DNA of 64,000 nt from Macrostomum lignano (lineage: Eukaryota): positions 1 through 64,000 of the forward strand of contig NIVC01002620.1 in the NCBI GenBank assembly GCA_002269645.1, read 5' to 3'. Below are positions 10,508 through 42,394 of this stretch, piece by piece. The notes below the pieces were generated by a model, which was given only the letters and a program-made list of their open reading frames with translations, was not told the origin of the DNA and did no database searches. Each line of letters begins with the position of its first letter. The first letter of the stretch is position 1. The position numbers were made by a program, and so were the translations under genes.

Positions 10508-13500
10508 CTAATCGCTAGAATAGTCCAAGCCATGCAGAGATTCCTCAGACCAGCCGCTGCTGGTACTGGACGCCCGCCTACGATTGCAATCTCGGTTGCA
10601 TTCGTACTTGTAACAGTCAGTACCGTTCTCCACCAGCCTGGTGTCATTATTAGTATCCGATATTGATGACGAATGTTCGTTAGGCGAAGGCGATGAATTC
10701 GGCGACGAAGGCGGCGATTGGTGTCGCCTACGGTGATGCCTATGACGAGTTGAGGTCATGCCGCCACTCTGTTGCTGCTGCATGAACGACTCTACACGGG
10801 CCAAGCGCGATTTTAGACTATCTATGACAGCATCGTCTGGTTCCGGTTGTTCTACAACTTGTTGCAGCAGCTGCTGTTGCTGATACTGCGGACAAGAGGC
10901 GGCGTGCTTCTCTAAGACGCTCATTGAAGCCAATAGACCCGCTTGTTGCATGCGAACTTGATGCAGTTCCTATGGAGTTGGAATAGGGGGGGGGGATTGT
11001 GAATGTGAACTACAGCTCGGATTGTTAAATCAAGTTCGTGTGTTTTAACGTTTCAATGCACTTATAGGTTGGATTCTCGAAGACCTCAGTCCAAGAGTCT
11101 ATACTTGTATATGAGTCTGCCCTTTCATCTTTGCATATGAAGCCACCTCCCTAAGTGCTTAATTGTAAGCACTTCAGATTATAGACAAATATTAATGTAT
11201 GCGGCCATAGACTAAAACACGGACAAGCCAGCAGAAAGTGAGGTTGAGGCATGGTAAGCACCGCTGAGGCGTAAAGCCGGAACAAGTGACAGAATTATCC
11301 ACAGAAATTACTCAGTGCCGAATCTACTTTTTTAATTAATGAAGCAGTGCAAGAAAAGAAATCGCATCGGACTATTCCTGTTGTTTTGTTGAAGTGCAGA
11401 GGCAGCTTCAATAACAGACGGGAGTGCCGAGAGGCCGTGGCAGCTTTGCGATCCTTTTCTGTCAACCCAGTTGTTGGGCTGTTAATCGCAGACCAACAGC
11501 AACTGCGAGAACGATGGCAGCAATTTGCTGGGCGAATTTCAGGCCCATGTAGAAGCAAGTGCAAGTGCGCAGGGTCCTGGGTTGCAAGGCGATGATCTGA
11601 TTTCAGCGGACTCCACTGCATCAACTGAGAGAGCTCACGACCTGCTTGCCGGTACATTTGGCCATAGATTTCCTAACAAAGGTAGTGAGCACGAATTTTA
11701 TTCGGCTTCATGGAAAATGCGTAATTAAGCATTCTGTGTATATTCTGTGGCCTTAAACTGGTTTACATAGGAGCATGAAGCGACTTCCGTAAGAATACAA
11801 AGTGCGTTTAAGCGTGGCCTTGTCCAATTTTTCTCTAACTGCAGCTTTAGTACCATTGAAATGCATTCATCGGCCCTTGCCAGTCTCATTCAAGCAGCAT
11901 GCAACTTCTCTTTTTCCTTCCCTGGCAGCAGATTCCCTCTTAGCATGCCCTCTGCTTTGCATAAAATTTGTCTTTTTATTCGAAAATCTGCACAATATGG
12001 AAAAGGCTGAAATTCGAGCTGTGATGAAGGACATCCACTTAAAAGGGCTCTCAACAAAACACGCTTTTGAGGACATGGTGAAAACACTGGGCGAAAAAGA
12101 TGCTCAATGATATTCGACGGTGAAGAACTGGATGGCAGACTTCGAAAGGGGAGGAAGCACGACTGTAAATAAGCTGCGATCTGGCCGCCTCAACAACGCC
12201 ATCACGCAGGAGACAGTTGCAGCCCAGGATGCTGATAATTATGGAGTGCAAGGTGCCAGATGACGGGCGAGCAGCCTCTACGATGTGTTGCACCGTAGAT
12301 CTTCAATCCGCATCTTGTGCAGATTTTCAAATAAAAAGACAAATCACATGCAAGAAAGGGGTAAAGGTGCCATACTGCCGCTGGAATGAGACTGGCAAGG
12401 GCGAAGGCTACAGCTAGAGCAAAAGTGCATCAGCCCATGCCAAACTTTTTGAACGCCCTTGTAGTGACTCTGCTTAATTTTTTATTGAAAGTATTTAATT
12501 CAATTGAAAATTTGTATAAAACTGAGCATTCTGAATTTAAACTGACTTTGGCACTCAATTTTCCCAGCTCGATGTCATCTAATTTAAATTCCACATTGTA
12601 TGTAATTTATATTTCACTTTAACTATCAATAATTATAATACTAGGATTTTTAGGACTTCAAAATTTCTACTGATTGTCAAATTTGAGTAATCTGTAAGTA
12701 TGGAGTCTGCAGACCTTTGCTGCACCTTCTGTGGATCAAAGAGACTCAGCAATGTAAAGGGTAAGGGCACAGATACTATATAGTATCTATTATATTATAT
12801 AGTACCTGTGGGTAAGGGTAAAGATGTCGGTATTGTTTTTTTTACTTTTTACCTAATTCCAGCTGGCAACCTGAATTTCAAGTTAACGGTCTGAGTCACG
12901 AGACAGGATACCAAATGGCACTGTGATTGACTGACTTTCAGTTTTTTGGCACTAAATTCAGTAAATCGGTTAGGACAGGCTGTTAACAGGTTGTTAACAA
13001 AGATCTAGTATTTTCAATCGGACTTCGATGATGTTGTCGAACTCAATAAGACGTTGACTAAGACAAAAAACGATCAACATGAAGGGGCTTAACAGCAATT
13101 GTATCCTTTGTTTTGTCGAAATTAAATCATCAAGAAATCGCAGTGCGATTGCAATTTAATCCTTGATTTTTGCACAAAGCGGTAAAAAAACTATTAGATT
13201 GAACAATACTTCAAAGACTCCGCTACGCTAGGACTCAAACGATAATGTATAGCCATTTTAAATAAATACTCTCAAGGCTTCCGATTACCGATGCAATATT
13301 TATTTGCAAAATTGCTGCACCGTTGAAGATATTCAAAGGAGGAAAACAAAACGACTACAAAATTGCTTGCAAGGAATCGACTGCCGTCAGGGAGATTTAT
13401 TTGCCACAATATTTTTTTGTTTTTTTTGCATTTATGCTGCATTGTGGCTACAATCTTTTCGAGAGATGAAAAAAGATCTTAAATTTCATCAGAAAATTTC

Positions 13501-16186
13501 TTTTGTCAAGATTTGTGTCCAAGAACGAAAACTAATCACTAGCTTGTACCACCGCTGTCAGCTGGCGTCACGGCTGCGGACCGCTTGCAGGCTCGACAAG
13601 CGAACGCAATGCGAATCAGACGCATGTAACAGCGACGAAAATTCGGGTTCAGCACACCATAGATGATCGGGTTCAGCATCGAGTTGAACACAGCGAGCCA
13701 GGTGAAAACCTTGTGCGGAATCGCGCCCACGTGCGCAAAAAACTTATCGATGTACACGTGGATGCTGTAGGGACCCCAGCACAGGTTGAAGGTTATGAAA
13801 GCGGCTAGCACTGGAGCCACAGCTTTCCATTCCTTGCTCACGGATGTATCGCTTGTATCACCAGAGATTGAGTTCTCGGACTGATTGCGAATACGGAACA
13901 GCTTGTAGAATAGATTGACGTAGCAACCAGCAGCGAGAAGTGACGGAATCGCCACTCCCAGCAAGGTGAGCAGGAAGCTCAATGTAAACGGCGAGTCATT
14001 GTCATAGTAGAAGCAGATGAACGCCTCAGGAATGTATCCGAATCCTCCTTGCCACCAGAACAGACCGCTGACAAGAAACCAGAATATCCAGCAGGCTACG
14101 CAGTATGCAATCATTTTTGAGTCTGTGAAGTACCTCTGGTACACGACTCTGCGCATGACGTACAGGTTCCGAGTTACCGCGATCAGCGTGAAGCTGAAGT
14201 TAGAAACTCCGGCGGCTGAGAACAGAGCGTAGGCGTTCACGCGACAAGTGACGTCGTTGAAGACATTGCTATCAGCGATGCGGTTAGCCAGGGTGGCTGG
14301 GATCGAGTATGAGCACACGAGCAGATCGGCTATGCCGATGTTTACCACCAGAATGTTGGTGGCTGACTTGAGCTGCTTAAAGAGCGTTATGGAGAGGATC
14401 ATGAGCAGGTTTCCGCAGACTCCGACGCAGATTCCAACAATAAGAAAGAAGATGTCGGCGATCTTAATCTCCAGAGAATCAAAGTTGTCCAGCTCAGCAC
14501 CTGTGACATTATTTTCATCAAGACCTGTTACACTCGCGTTGTCAATCATTTTTGGTTCGAATTGTAGACTTTAGCAAAGGACTGAATCCAACTTGTTTTT
14601 AGATAATGAAGCAAGGATGTGCGGCAGCAGTTTAAATCATGTCTTTTCAGTTTGAAGCAACAGCCAATCAGAGTTTCGCTTTGCTGATCAGAATCAATAG
14701 AATCAACTTCATTGGATGTTAAAGTTCGTCTTAGCTAGCAAACCAAGAGGACAGTGCAAGACTAATTCGCGCCAATTGAGTTTAGCTTTAGCGACATCAA
14801 AGTTGGATTATTAGTTCGAAAAAATGCCACTTACTACGTGTTGCAGACGTCCTAAACTCTACTGCTTAAACGACTCTTGAGTGTACTTCTGGAAAGTACA
14901 AACCGTTGATCTATCTACCTATACTAAACGTCTTTAATACGGCTCAGGCTCAATGAACTCAGAAACACGGTTAAAACTACGTGATAAATCTCACTTGAAG
15001 CGTTAACAGACTGTAAATAACGTCACTTGTCACTTGGCAAAGCTGATTATGTTGGACAAAAGCCTGGCACCCTCTCTTCAATAAACAATCAGCGATGAAA
15101 TTTGATGACGAACACGTGTGATTCGTCGATACTCGTGCGATACAACGTTCACAAATGAAATGGCGACCTCACAAATGAAATGGCGATCTCGCAAATAGAA
15201 TGGCGATCTCACAAATGAAATGGCGACCTCACAAATGAATGAATTACATCAGAAATTAAATGGCGACCTCACAAATGAATGAATTACATCAGAAATTAAA
15301 TAGCGACCTCACTAATGAATGACTTAGATCAGAAATGAAATGACGACCTCACTAATGAATGACTTAGATCAGAAATGAAATGACGACCTCACTAATGAAT
15401 GACTTAGATCAGAAATGAAATGGCGACCTCACTAATGAAATGGTCTAGCTCACACAAATCAAATAAAAATGAATGATGGAAAGGAGCAATAACCAGCATT
15501 ATAATATTTACCTGTTCCAACTGGGTTTGTCGTTTAGCTAGCGCAGTTGAATCTGACTCTAAAGAATTCAGACGCTTCTCAATGCTCACTAAAATGTTAA
15601 TAGCGATATTCTTAGAGTTACGAGTCAATTACTTTAATAATGTAAATAGGAAACAGGCGATAGAGTAAATTTACTCACTTAATTTACTGTCTTGCTCGTC
15701 CCGACTCACACGCCAAGCGGAATAGTGGGCCGACCAATTAGTCTTGCTGTGTAATTAAATATTTAGGTGCATATTGAATTATTCAAACATATTTAACTCA
15801 CTTACATGGATGGCAAATTTTAGTTTATAAAATTTCAAATTTCAGCAATTTTACAATAAAAAGCACATAGATGACTATTTAAAGCTTCAAGCTAAATTCA
15901 CAATCATTATGACTTTTTTAATGCATTATATTAGATCTTAGGACAAGGATTCCAAAAAGATTGAATACTCAAAAATTCATTGAACTCACATGTCCTCAAG
16001 ACTGGCCTGAAGTTGTTCGCCTTCAGATCTGAATTGCTCTAACAAAGCCAATCTATCAATTCTATTGTGCAAACTGAGCAGCTCATTGCGCAACTCTGCT
16101 ACGACTGAGTCATTAGACAGTGAGTCACGTAAGGTTTGAACTTCTTGCAATGAACTGTCTTCAGCATCACCAGCAGCTGCTGACAT
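10508..16186 (-). CDS. Coiled-coil protein, hypothetical, 4 exons, ~267 aa (further upstream exons possible)
   Basis: Exons 16186-15990, 15746-15679, 15588-15512 and 10969-10508 join in frame (phases 2, 1, 0) with canonical GTGAGT/GTGAGT/GTAAAT donors and CAG/TAG/TAG acceptors. Heptad-like text: ELRNELLSLHNRIDRLALLEQ ... MSIEKRLNSLESDSTALAKRQTQLEQ|ELHQVRMQQ. Confidence 0.7.
11340..11660 (+). mobile_element. Decayed non-LTR retrotransposon ORF2 fragment (RTE-like linker)
   Basis: GLLIADQQQLRERWQQF resembles the 'G.LL.D....L.RW..YF' linker between the endonuclease and RT of RTE-type LINEs (from memory, not searched). Confidence 0.4.
11796..12463 (+). mobile_element. Non-autonomous mariner derivative with ~150-200-bp inverted arms
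   Basis: Transposase N-terminus from 11997, MEKAEIRAVMKDIHLKGLSTKHAFEDMVKTLGEKDAQ*YSTVKNWMADFERGR, is a mariner HTH with an in-frame stop. The right end reverse-complemented reads TA-CAAGGGCGTTCAAAAAGTTTGGC, a mariner-type TIR, with a degenerate match at 11796. TA is present at both ends. Confidence 0.85.
12760..12818. mobile_element. 43-bp mini-insertion with 14-bp TIRs and 8-bp target duplication
   Basis: GGTAAGGG [CACAGATACTATAT ... ATATAGTACCTGTG] GGTAAGGG; element spans 12768-12810. Confidence 0.55.
13539..14549 (-). CDS. Class A (rhodopsin-like) GPCR, intronless, melatonin-receptor/moody-like
   Basis: 336-aa ORF with seven hydrophobic segments. Motifs: TM1 GN, TM2 NIGIADLL, TM3 C(RVNAY), TM6 FNLCWGPY, TM7 NSMLNPIIYG, helix 8 NFRRCY. 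N-terminal N-glycosylation sites (NAS, NVT). The DRY position reads TRN. Confidence 0.95.
   Translation of the reverse strand: MIDNASVTGLDENNVTGAELDNFDSLEIKIADIFFLIVGICVGVCGNLLMILSITLFKQLKSATNILVVNIGIADLLVCSYSIPATLANRIADSNVFNDVTCRVNAYALFSAAGVSNFSFTLIAVTRNLYVMRRVVYQRYFTDSKMIAYCVACWIFWFLVSGLFWWQGGFGYIPEAFICFYYDNDSPFTLSFLLTLLGVAIPSLLAAGCYVNLFYKLFRIRNQSENSISGDTSDTSVSKEWKAVAPVLAAFITFNLCWGPYSIHVYIDKFFAHVGAIPHKVFTWLAVFNSMLNPIIYGVLNPNFRRCYMRLIRIAFACRACKRSAAVTPADSGGTS
15150..15440. repeat. Minisatellite with core GAAATGGCGACCTCAC(A/T)AATGAA (20-bp and 41-bp units)
   Basis: Direct reading; lies just inside the donor end of the intron 15511-10970. Confidence 0.9.
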
Positions 16187-17815
16187 GGTAATGAATAGAA
16201 ATAGTTAACAATTTTTTGATAAAAAAGGTGACAATGCTTAATTAATGTTGCTGACAAACAGAAATTCAAAGTGGTTTAATACGAGTTAACCTTTAAGAAA
16301 ATGTTATTTTTATAGTTTTATATAAAGGCTAATCATTCCCTAGGCGCGTTACAGTCTTTTAGTGTTATGAGACAATAAAATTTTATTTTGGCATCTTGAA
16401 TTTGGACTCCAGATGGCTGGATGCCAATAAAGTCAAGTTTAACATATTTTTGTAATTCATATCTTATTTGAAGCAAAGAATAATTTTAAGGAATCACATG
16501 CCATGGGACCCTTACCTTCCCTAAGGTAAGCTGACTCAAGTTTCTAAAAATAGACACTAAGTCACGTGGCTCTATGCACTTAGCCCACGGACCCCTGCCT
16601 TCTCTGGCAGGAAATGACATCATTTCTAAAAATAGAATGAGTCACGAGGTCTTACACACAAAGGGATTCTTATGCTATAAATAAATATAGACCCCCTCAC
16701 TCGTGTCTATTGAGGATTTTCTTCTTCTAACTATTCAGTTCGACTGCATTTTCCAAGTTCCCACTCTTACTTTGCATATACAATTAACCCACTATTATTA
16801 GTCTAGTCTGACTGCAAACCACCTAAAGCCAACTCTGAGCCTACATAAGGCTAGTATAGCCTTTTTATCCCCCATTAACCCTGGTAAGATTTGTTGATAA
16901 TACAACTTTTAAGCTACAAATCTGCATGCTATGTTATTTGCCCAACTTGATTATTTTGTGCCAACAGAAGCTTAGCTCACCAAAAGCCAAGACCTAATGG
17001 ACTAGTAGCAGTACTACCTATGCTACTAAGAGTTACAAGGCTTCTGGTTCAGAAGATGGAAAGCTAGACTACTATGTTGGATAGCTAGAGAAGCATAGGC
17101 CTAACACTGGTAGTAGCAATGGGACTATGGGAGTCAAAGACCTACCAAACTAATTACCTTGAGACAATCCTAAGTACAACATAATTTCTATGGTTTAGAA
17201 AGACTTATTGATTTAAAGAGTAGGGTAGAGATATAACTTATATGATCTTTTCTTTTGGTGAATTCTATTTAGAATCTTGGTTTTCAATATAGTGGTTTTT
17301 TATTTTACAAGCATATATTTATATAAATGTATCATTCTCTAAGTTAGATTGTCAAAATTTACTTATTAAAAAATTAGATAGGCCCACTTCAATGACCAAA
17401 ATATTGATCATAATTCTTCTAACTAATATCTTTTAACCTATTTTTACTAATAGTATATTTATCTCCTGACCTATAATCTGGATCATGCTAGGTGCACGCC
17501 TAAACAAAAATTGAATAATTACAAATGCACATTAAAAAATCATCAAAACTATGCTGGTGTTGCAACAATAAATGACCTTTTTTACATTGTGACAATAAAT
17601 GAGCTTTTGTGAGTAGTATAATGGACCTTATTTGGTAGATAATTTGGTTACTTTTTTGCTTCTTTGGCAATACTATTTTTATGATAAAAAATCAATAATG
17701 TATACAAAGATTTGCTTAAATACTTTATTACAAGCTTTAAAAACCCAGAAAGCTTGAAATCTAAGCTTAAAATGAACTTTTTTCTTCTTTTCCTTACCTT
17801 ACAATAACTCTTCCA

Positions 17816-18413
17816 CCATAGTCTGGATCATGTCGTTTATGCCGGAGATCTCCGGCGTAAATCTGGTTTGGGATCGGAGGCTGGCATAAGTGCTTGGCAT
17901 AAGTATAGGCCAAAATGTGCCTTGGCGTAAATGCTTGGCATAAGTACATGGCATAAATCAAGTGGCGTAAATGTTGGCACAAATGAGATCATTCACGATC
18001 AAATTTATCACTATAGAACATTACACATTTGCATTAATTATGATGTTAAAGAGCAGCATTTAAACAAAGTTCATTAAAATATTGCAGTTTGTATAAATGA
18101 GATAGCAGAATATCTATAGTAGGATACCAAAAGTTTTTTTAGCTTCAAGATGCTTACTTTGATTCTTGATTCAGAATTTGCAACTTGTGAGATTTTTAAA
18201 CAGTTGCAACTTCTGAATTTAATTAATTACCGATTAATTGTAAATCATCTATTCTATTCTATTCTATTTTATTCTATTCACAAGAATTGTGAGGGACCTT
18301 TTTTGGGTGGCATAAGTCAGAGGGACCTTTTTTGGTTGGTGTAAGTCTGGTGTAAGTGCCAAAAAATGTTGGATTTTTCTTCCGGCGTAAGTCCAACATG
18401 ATCTGGACTATGG
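17816..18413. mobile_element. Putative MITE / non-autonomous DNA element
   Basis: 18-bp imperfect inverted ends CCATAGTCTGGATCATGT (17816) and ACATGATCTGGACTATGG (18396-18413); internal repeated (T/G)GGC(G/A)TAA(G/A)T motifs; a related outer pair near 17470 and 18560. Confidence 0.45.
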
Positions 18414-20902
18414 CTCTTCCATGTGATTCTATAAAGACAAATGCATGCCAGGTATGCACACATACTATTTTCTTAGGAGTGATGCATGCCCACTGTGCAT
18501 GCAAACTTTTGGCATGCAAGGCCAATGCACACCCAAATTTTCAGGCATATACTAGGCCTACATGATCCAGAGTATGGAATATAGATCATGATATGATAGG
18601 CCCTATAACAGATCAATAAGAATAAGATTAGATTTTTGTATTAATAAAAATATTTTAAGCTTAAGTTAGTAAGCTACAAACAATAAATAAAAAGTATTAT
18701 AAGCTAGAATTTTATATTAATGTAAAAAACATATTGATAGTTTTATTTTTAAAATTACTACATAATGTCCATGATATTTTACTATACTAGGCCTAGGTCT
18801 ACTACTTTAGGAAAAAAATAAAATTAAAAGAAATATAAATTCCATTTGTCAAAGTAGAGTTGAAGAAGCAGATTTGAAGTATTTTAAATCATATCATGTT
18901 TTAAAAGGACAGAAAAAAGGACAAAAATCTGTGACTGTCGACTGTGGTGCCATGCATTTTTAACTTCTTTAGGCTATACATAGTGCTGCTGCGAAAAGTA
19001 CGCCAAAAAACTTCGCCGACTCCTCGATGCACGCCGTGCACGCGGTACTAGACTGCCTGGGACCTTGCTGCACGCGAGAATTTCCTACTAAAAACAGCAT
19101 CTTTGGGAGTATGTATGGTTACCGCATGCATTACTCTTCGAGTCTTCGTCTTTTACTTGATTACGAATTATTTATTAGCAATAATTATTTTTGCATCGAA
19201 TATAATACAACAGTACAATAATACGTCTATCATATATCGTCATTGAACAAAATACGGCTAACCTTAAAAGAATGAGCTTCATCATCCCTCAAACAGACGA
19301 TGATATCATCAATCATCATGTCGAAGAAAATTGTTTAGTCTCAAAAATTAAAATGCACCAAGAGTTTCCAAAAAATGAAAAAAATTACTGCTGCTGCAAC
19401 AAGTCAGGAAATTATTATGTTTAATGTTATATTTCCTTAATAATTCTCACGCATAAAATGTAAAAGTTGACGCAGTACACGTTTTTTAGTAAAGTGTTTG
19501 TTTTATTTTTTACTAGCATTTTTTTCGTTGTAGTTTCGTTCACATTTATTATGAGTTCCGTCTCATCGAGATAGATGGAGAGATACATGGACCCAATAGT
19601 AAATTACAATACGCACTAAACATAAAATCAATGATTTCTATCAGCGGCTGGGTTATATGCTTGCGCGCGATTAGCATTAAATCGGCAGCGTATAGATCAA
19701 ATAGGACGTAATAATGCATGTGTGTATTCTGGACGTGGTTTTAGCTATAAATGCAAATATATTGAGCTCTCTTCTGAGTTTCTGCGAGCGATCAAAATCA
19801 ATGTAGCATTATCCGGGTAACTTATAGCTATACATGTAAAATTACAGTTGTACATTTAGATTACAGTATTTACGGAGGCACGCATATCTATGCCGAGTAC
19901 TCTCTTACATAAATGTGTACGTTTTCAAACCGTTTTAACAAATAGATGCCTGCATTTACTGCACATATACGTATGTATGTGTCGTTATATGGTGATGTTG
20001 CTTTTAGAAAAAATACAGTTACCATAACGGCAGCACATCGAAGGCTATGCGACACCATAGCGTATTTGACTGTATGTACAGCTGTTAGTATTACTATCCC
20101 GGCGTGACGTCATGTCAGCGACGAAACGTGGCATCGATATCCGTCGATGTACATGCAATGTAAAAGTGCTTATTTTTCAGCGACGTCCTTAAAGATTATT
20201 TTGTAATTAAACATATTTTAATGATAGTAACGTGCATGTACTTGTAAATTCTCTAAACATTAAAACGTAATCAATCAAAACAATAAATACATTCATGTAT
20301 ACCGTATGCATTGATTTTTTAAAATCATAGTTATTTTATCATTTGACTATCGGATATACTTATATTTTGAATGGCATTTTTAAGCGAGCTGCACAATTTG
20401 AAGAATACGATCGCTAATTAATAATTAAGTCGTTGAAGTATATACGCGAAATATATAATATTATATATAAAAAGGCTGATGAGCTCGATAACGAAAAGAA
20501 AGTATGAATATTTTGGTTATTGCCAAGGTGCAGAAGCTTAAATTAATTATTATCGTAAAAACCAATTTGCATACTTTAATAAATGAAAGACTTGAAAATA
20601 ATTTTAGCCATTTGCAGAGGTGATGGCCCACAGTTGTATTGAGGATGTGACCTTCTGTACTGCTGAGAGCCAAACAGAAAGCTTAGAAGGAGTTGATCAA
20701 ACCATATACCATTGGCTTTGGAAAGTGGAGCAGGGAACCTGTGGTCGTGGTGGAAAACATCAACTGGTAGCCAATCAGAATGAGGCTGGTAAAAGTGTAC
20801 AAGGCTAATAGTTTTCCTATAATCGAGTGCAAATGAAGAGGACAGGCGATGCAGCCAGTAGGAAGACGAAATTAGAATGTAGGCCTAATTCTAAAATTTA
20901 CA

Positions 20903-40601
<19,699 letters not shown>

Positions 40602-40909
40602 GACTGTTGTCTCCAATGCTCTGTGTTGGCAACTGTCTGTTAGGCCGCAAGAGTTCCAGCTTTTGTAGAATCCAATTATGCGCAGCAAATTAAAATTTAC
40701 CGCTTTTTAAAGACCGCAATTTAGCTTGGACTCCTTCCAGCCAATCAGTGAATAGCATTTTAACCCTCGGATTTGGAATTTTTATTGAAAAAGATAAAAC
40801 GTTCATGTCGACTACTATTTAGACTACTCTTAGTAGAGTAAAAATGCATTTATACGACATTTATGGTAATTTCTTTTATTGTAGTTTATAGCGATGATTC
40901 TAACTTTTT

Positions 40910-41610
40910 AGCCTAGTGGGGGGTGTAGCTTAGTGGGATGTTGTAGCTTAATGGGATGTTGTAGCTTAGTGGGATGTTGCAGCTTAGTGGGGAGTTGTAG
41001 CCTAGTGCGGTGTTGTAGCCTAGTGGGGGGTTGTAGCCTAGTGGGGGGTTGTAGCCTAGTGGGGGGTTGTAGCCTAGTGGGGGTTGTAGCCTAGTGGGGG
41101 GTTGTAGCCTAGTGGGGGGTTGTAGCCTATTGGGGGTTGTAGCCTAGTGGGGGTTGTAGCCTAGTGGGGGGTTGTAGCCTAGTGGGGTGTTGTAGCCTAG
41201 TGGGGGGTTGTAGCCTAGTGGGGGGTTGTAGCCTAGTGGGGGTTGTAGCCTAGTAGGGGGGGGGGTTGTAGCCTAGTGGGGGGTTGAAGCCTAGTGGGGG
41301 TGCGTTGTAGCCTAGTGGGGGTTGAAGCCTAGTAGGGGGGGGGGTTGTAGCCTAGTGGGGGGTTGAAGCCTAGTGGGGGGTGCGTTGTAGCCTAGTGGGG
41401 GGTTGAAGCCTAGTGGGGGTGCGTTGTAGCCTAGTGGGGGGTTGAAGCCTAGTGGGGGGTACGTTGTAGCCTAGTGGGGGGTTGAAGCCTAGTGGGGGTG
41501 CGTTGTAGCCTAGTGGGGGGGGGTTTGTAGCCTAGTGGGCGGATTTAACCTAGTGGGGGGGGGGGGTACGTTGTAGCCTAGTGGGGGGTTGAAGCCTAGT
41601 GGGGGGTGTA
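40910..41610 (+). repeat. G-rich ~18-20-bp array (GGGGGTTGTAGCCTAGTG) resembling an amplified tRNA A-box head
   Basis: About 35 units containing TAGCCTAGTGG, which fits the A-box consensus TRGCNNAGYGG; runs directly into the SINE body. Confidence 0.9.
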
Positions 41611-41920
41611 GCACAGTGAATGTTTTAGTCTAGTTGTTACAGCGTCGGACTCACGACTTAAAGGTGATTGGTTCGATTCCCGATCCCACTGGAACAATTT
41701 GTGTCCTTGAACAAGACACTTAACTCTGCATTGCTTCAGTTCACCCAGCTGTAAAATGGGTGCCAGCATTAGCTGGGGTAATTGAGGGTTGGGTGTGGCG
41801 ACCCCCCAGTCCTTGGACTGAACAGCCGTACGCAGCCTTCAGATGCGCCGCGCAATAGCTGCGGCTGAGCTGTCGGTTGGACACCTGGCCCAGTTGGGGC
41901 AGGTGTAATCAATAATAAAT
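41601..41920 (+). mobile_element. tRNA-derived CORE-type SINE
   Basis: B box GGTTCGATTCC at 41670-41680. The segment TGTGTCCTTGAACAAGACACTTAACTCTGCATTGCTTCAGTTCACCCAGCTGTAAAATGGG (about 41700-41762) closely follows the CORE/MIR consensus as I recall it. A-rich tail near 41910. Confidence 0.75.
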
Positions 41921-42394
41921 CAAGTAAAATTAGGGTCATATAAACTGTACTTTAGTGAATAACTAAAATGTATGTTCTTGTTGTAGTCGAAAAAAGTCGT
42001 AAAACCATCGAGGTAGAAATAATTGTGCTTATTTAGGTGATTTAATTTTTTTACTTGTAACTTTCTAACATGTTTACTACTAGTACGAAGTAGAGTAAGT
42101 TGCAAATTTTAACTAATAAAACAATTATTGCATCAAACTGAAACTGATTCATGGTAGTAAAAATCTGTCATGTACTTTCTACAATAGCAACAAGAACCCC
42201 AATAATTATAGTCAGCTTAAGTAGTATGTACGAGTAGTAGGTAAACTCGGATGAACAAAAACGTCAATTAAAAAGCGTTAACTTTAATTGGCACACACGC
42301 AGCTGGGAACAACAGGCAACCAATTAAAATTGTGCTAAACGATTATAAACTTTTATAATATGCGTAGATGTGTCTTAGAATACAACACCGCACC

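Noticed and set aside
41601-41700. A real tRNA gene
   Set aside because: There is no complete cloverleaf, and the head continues into a CORE-like SINE body.
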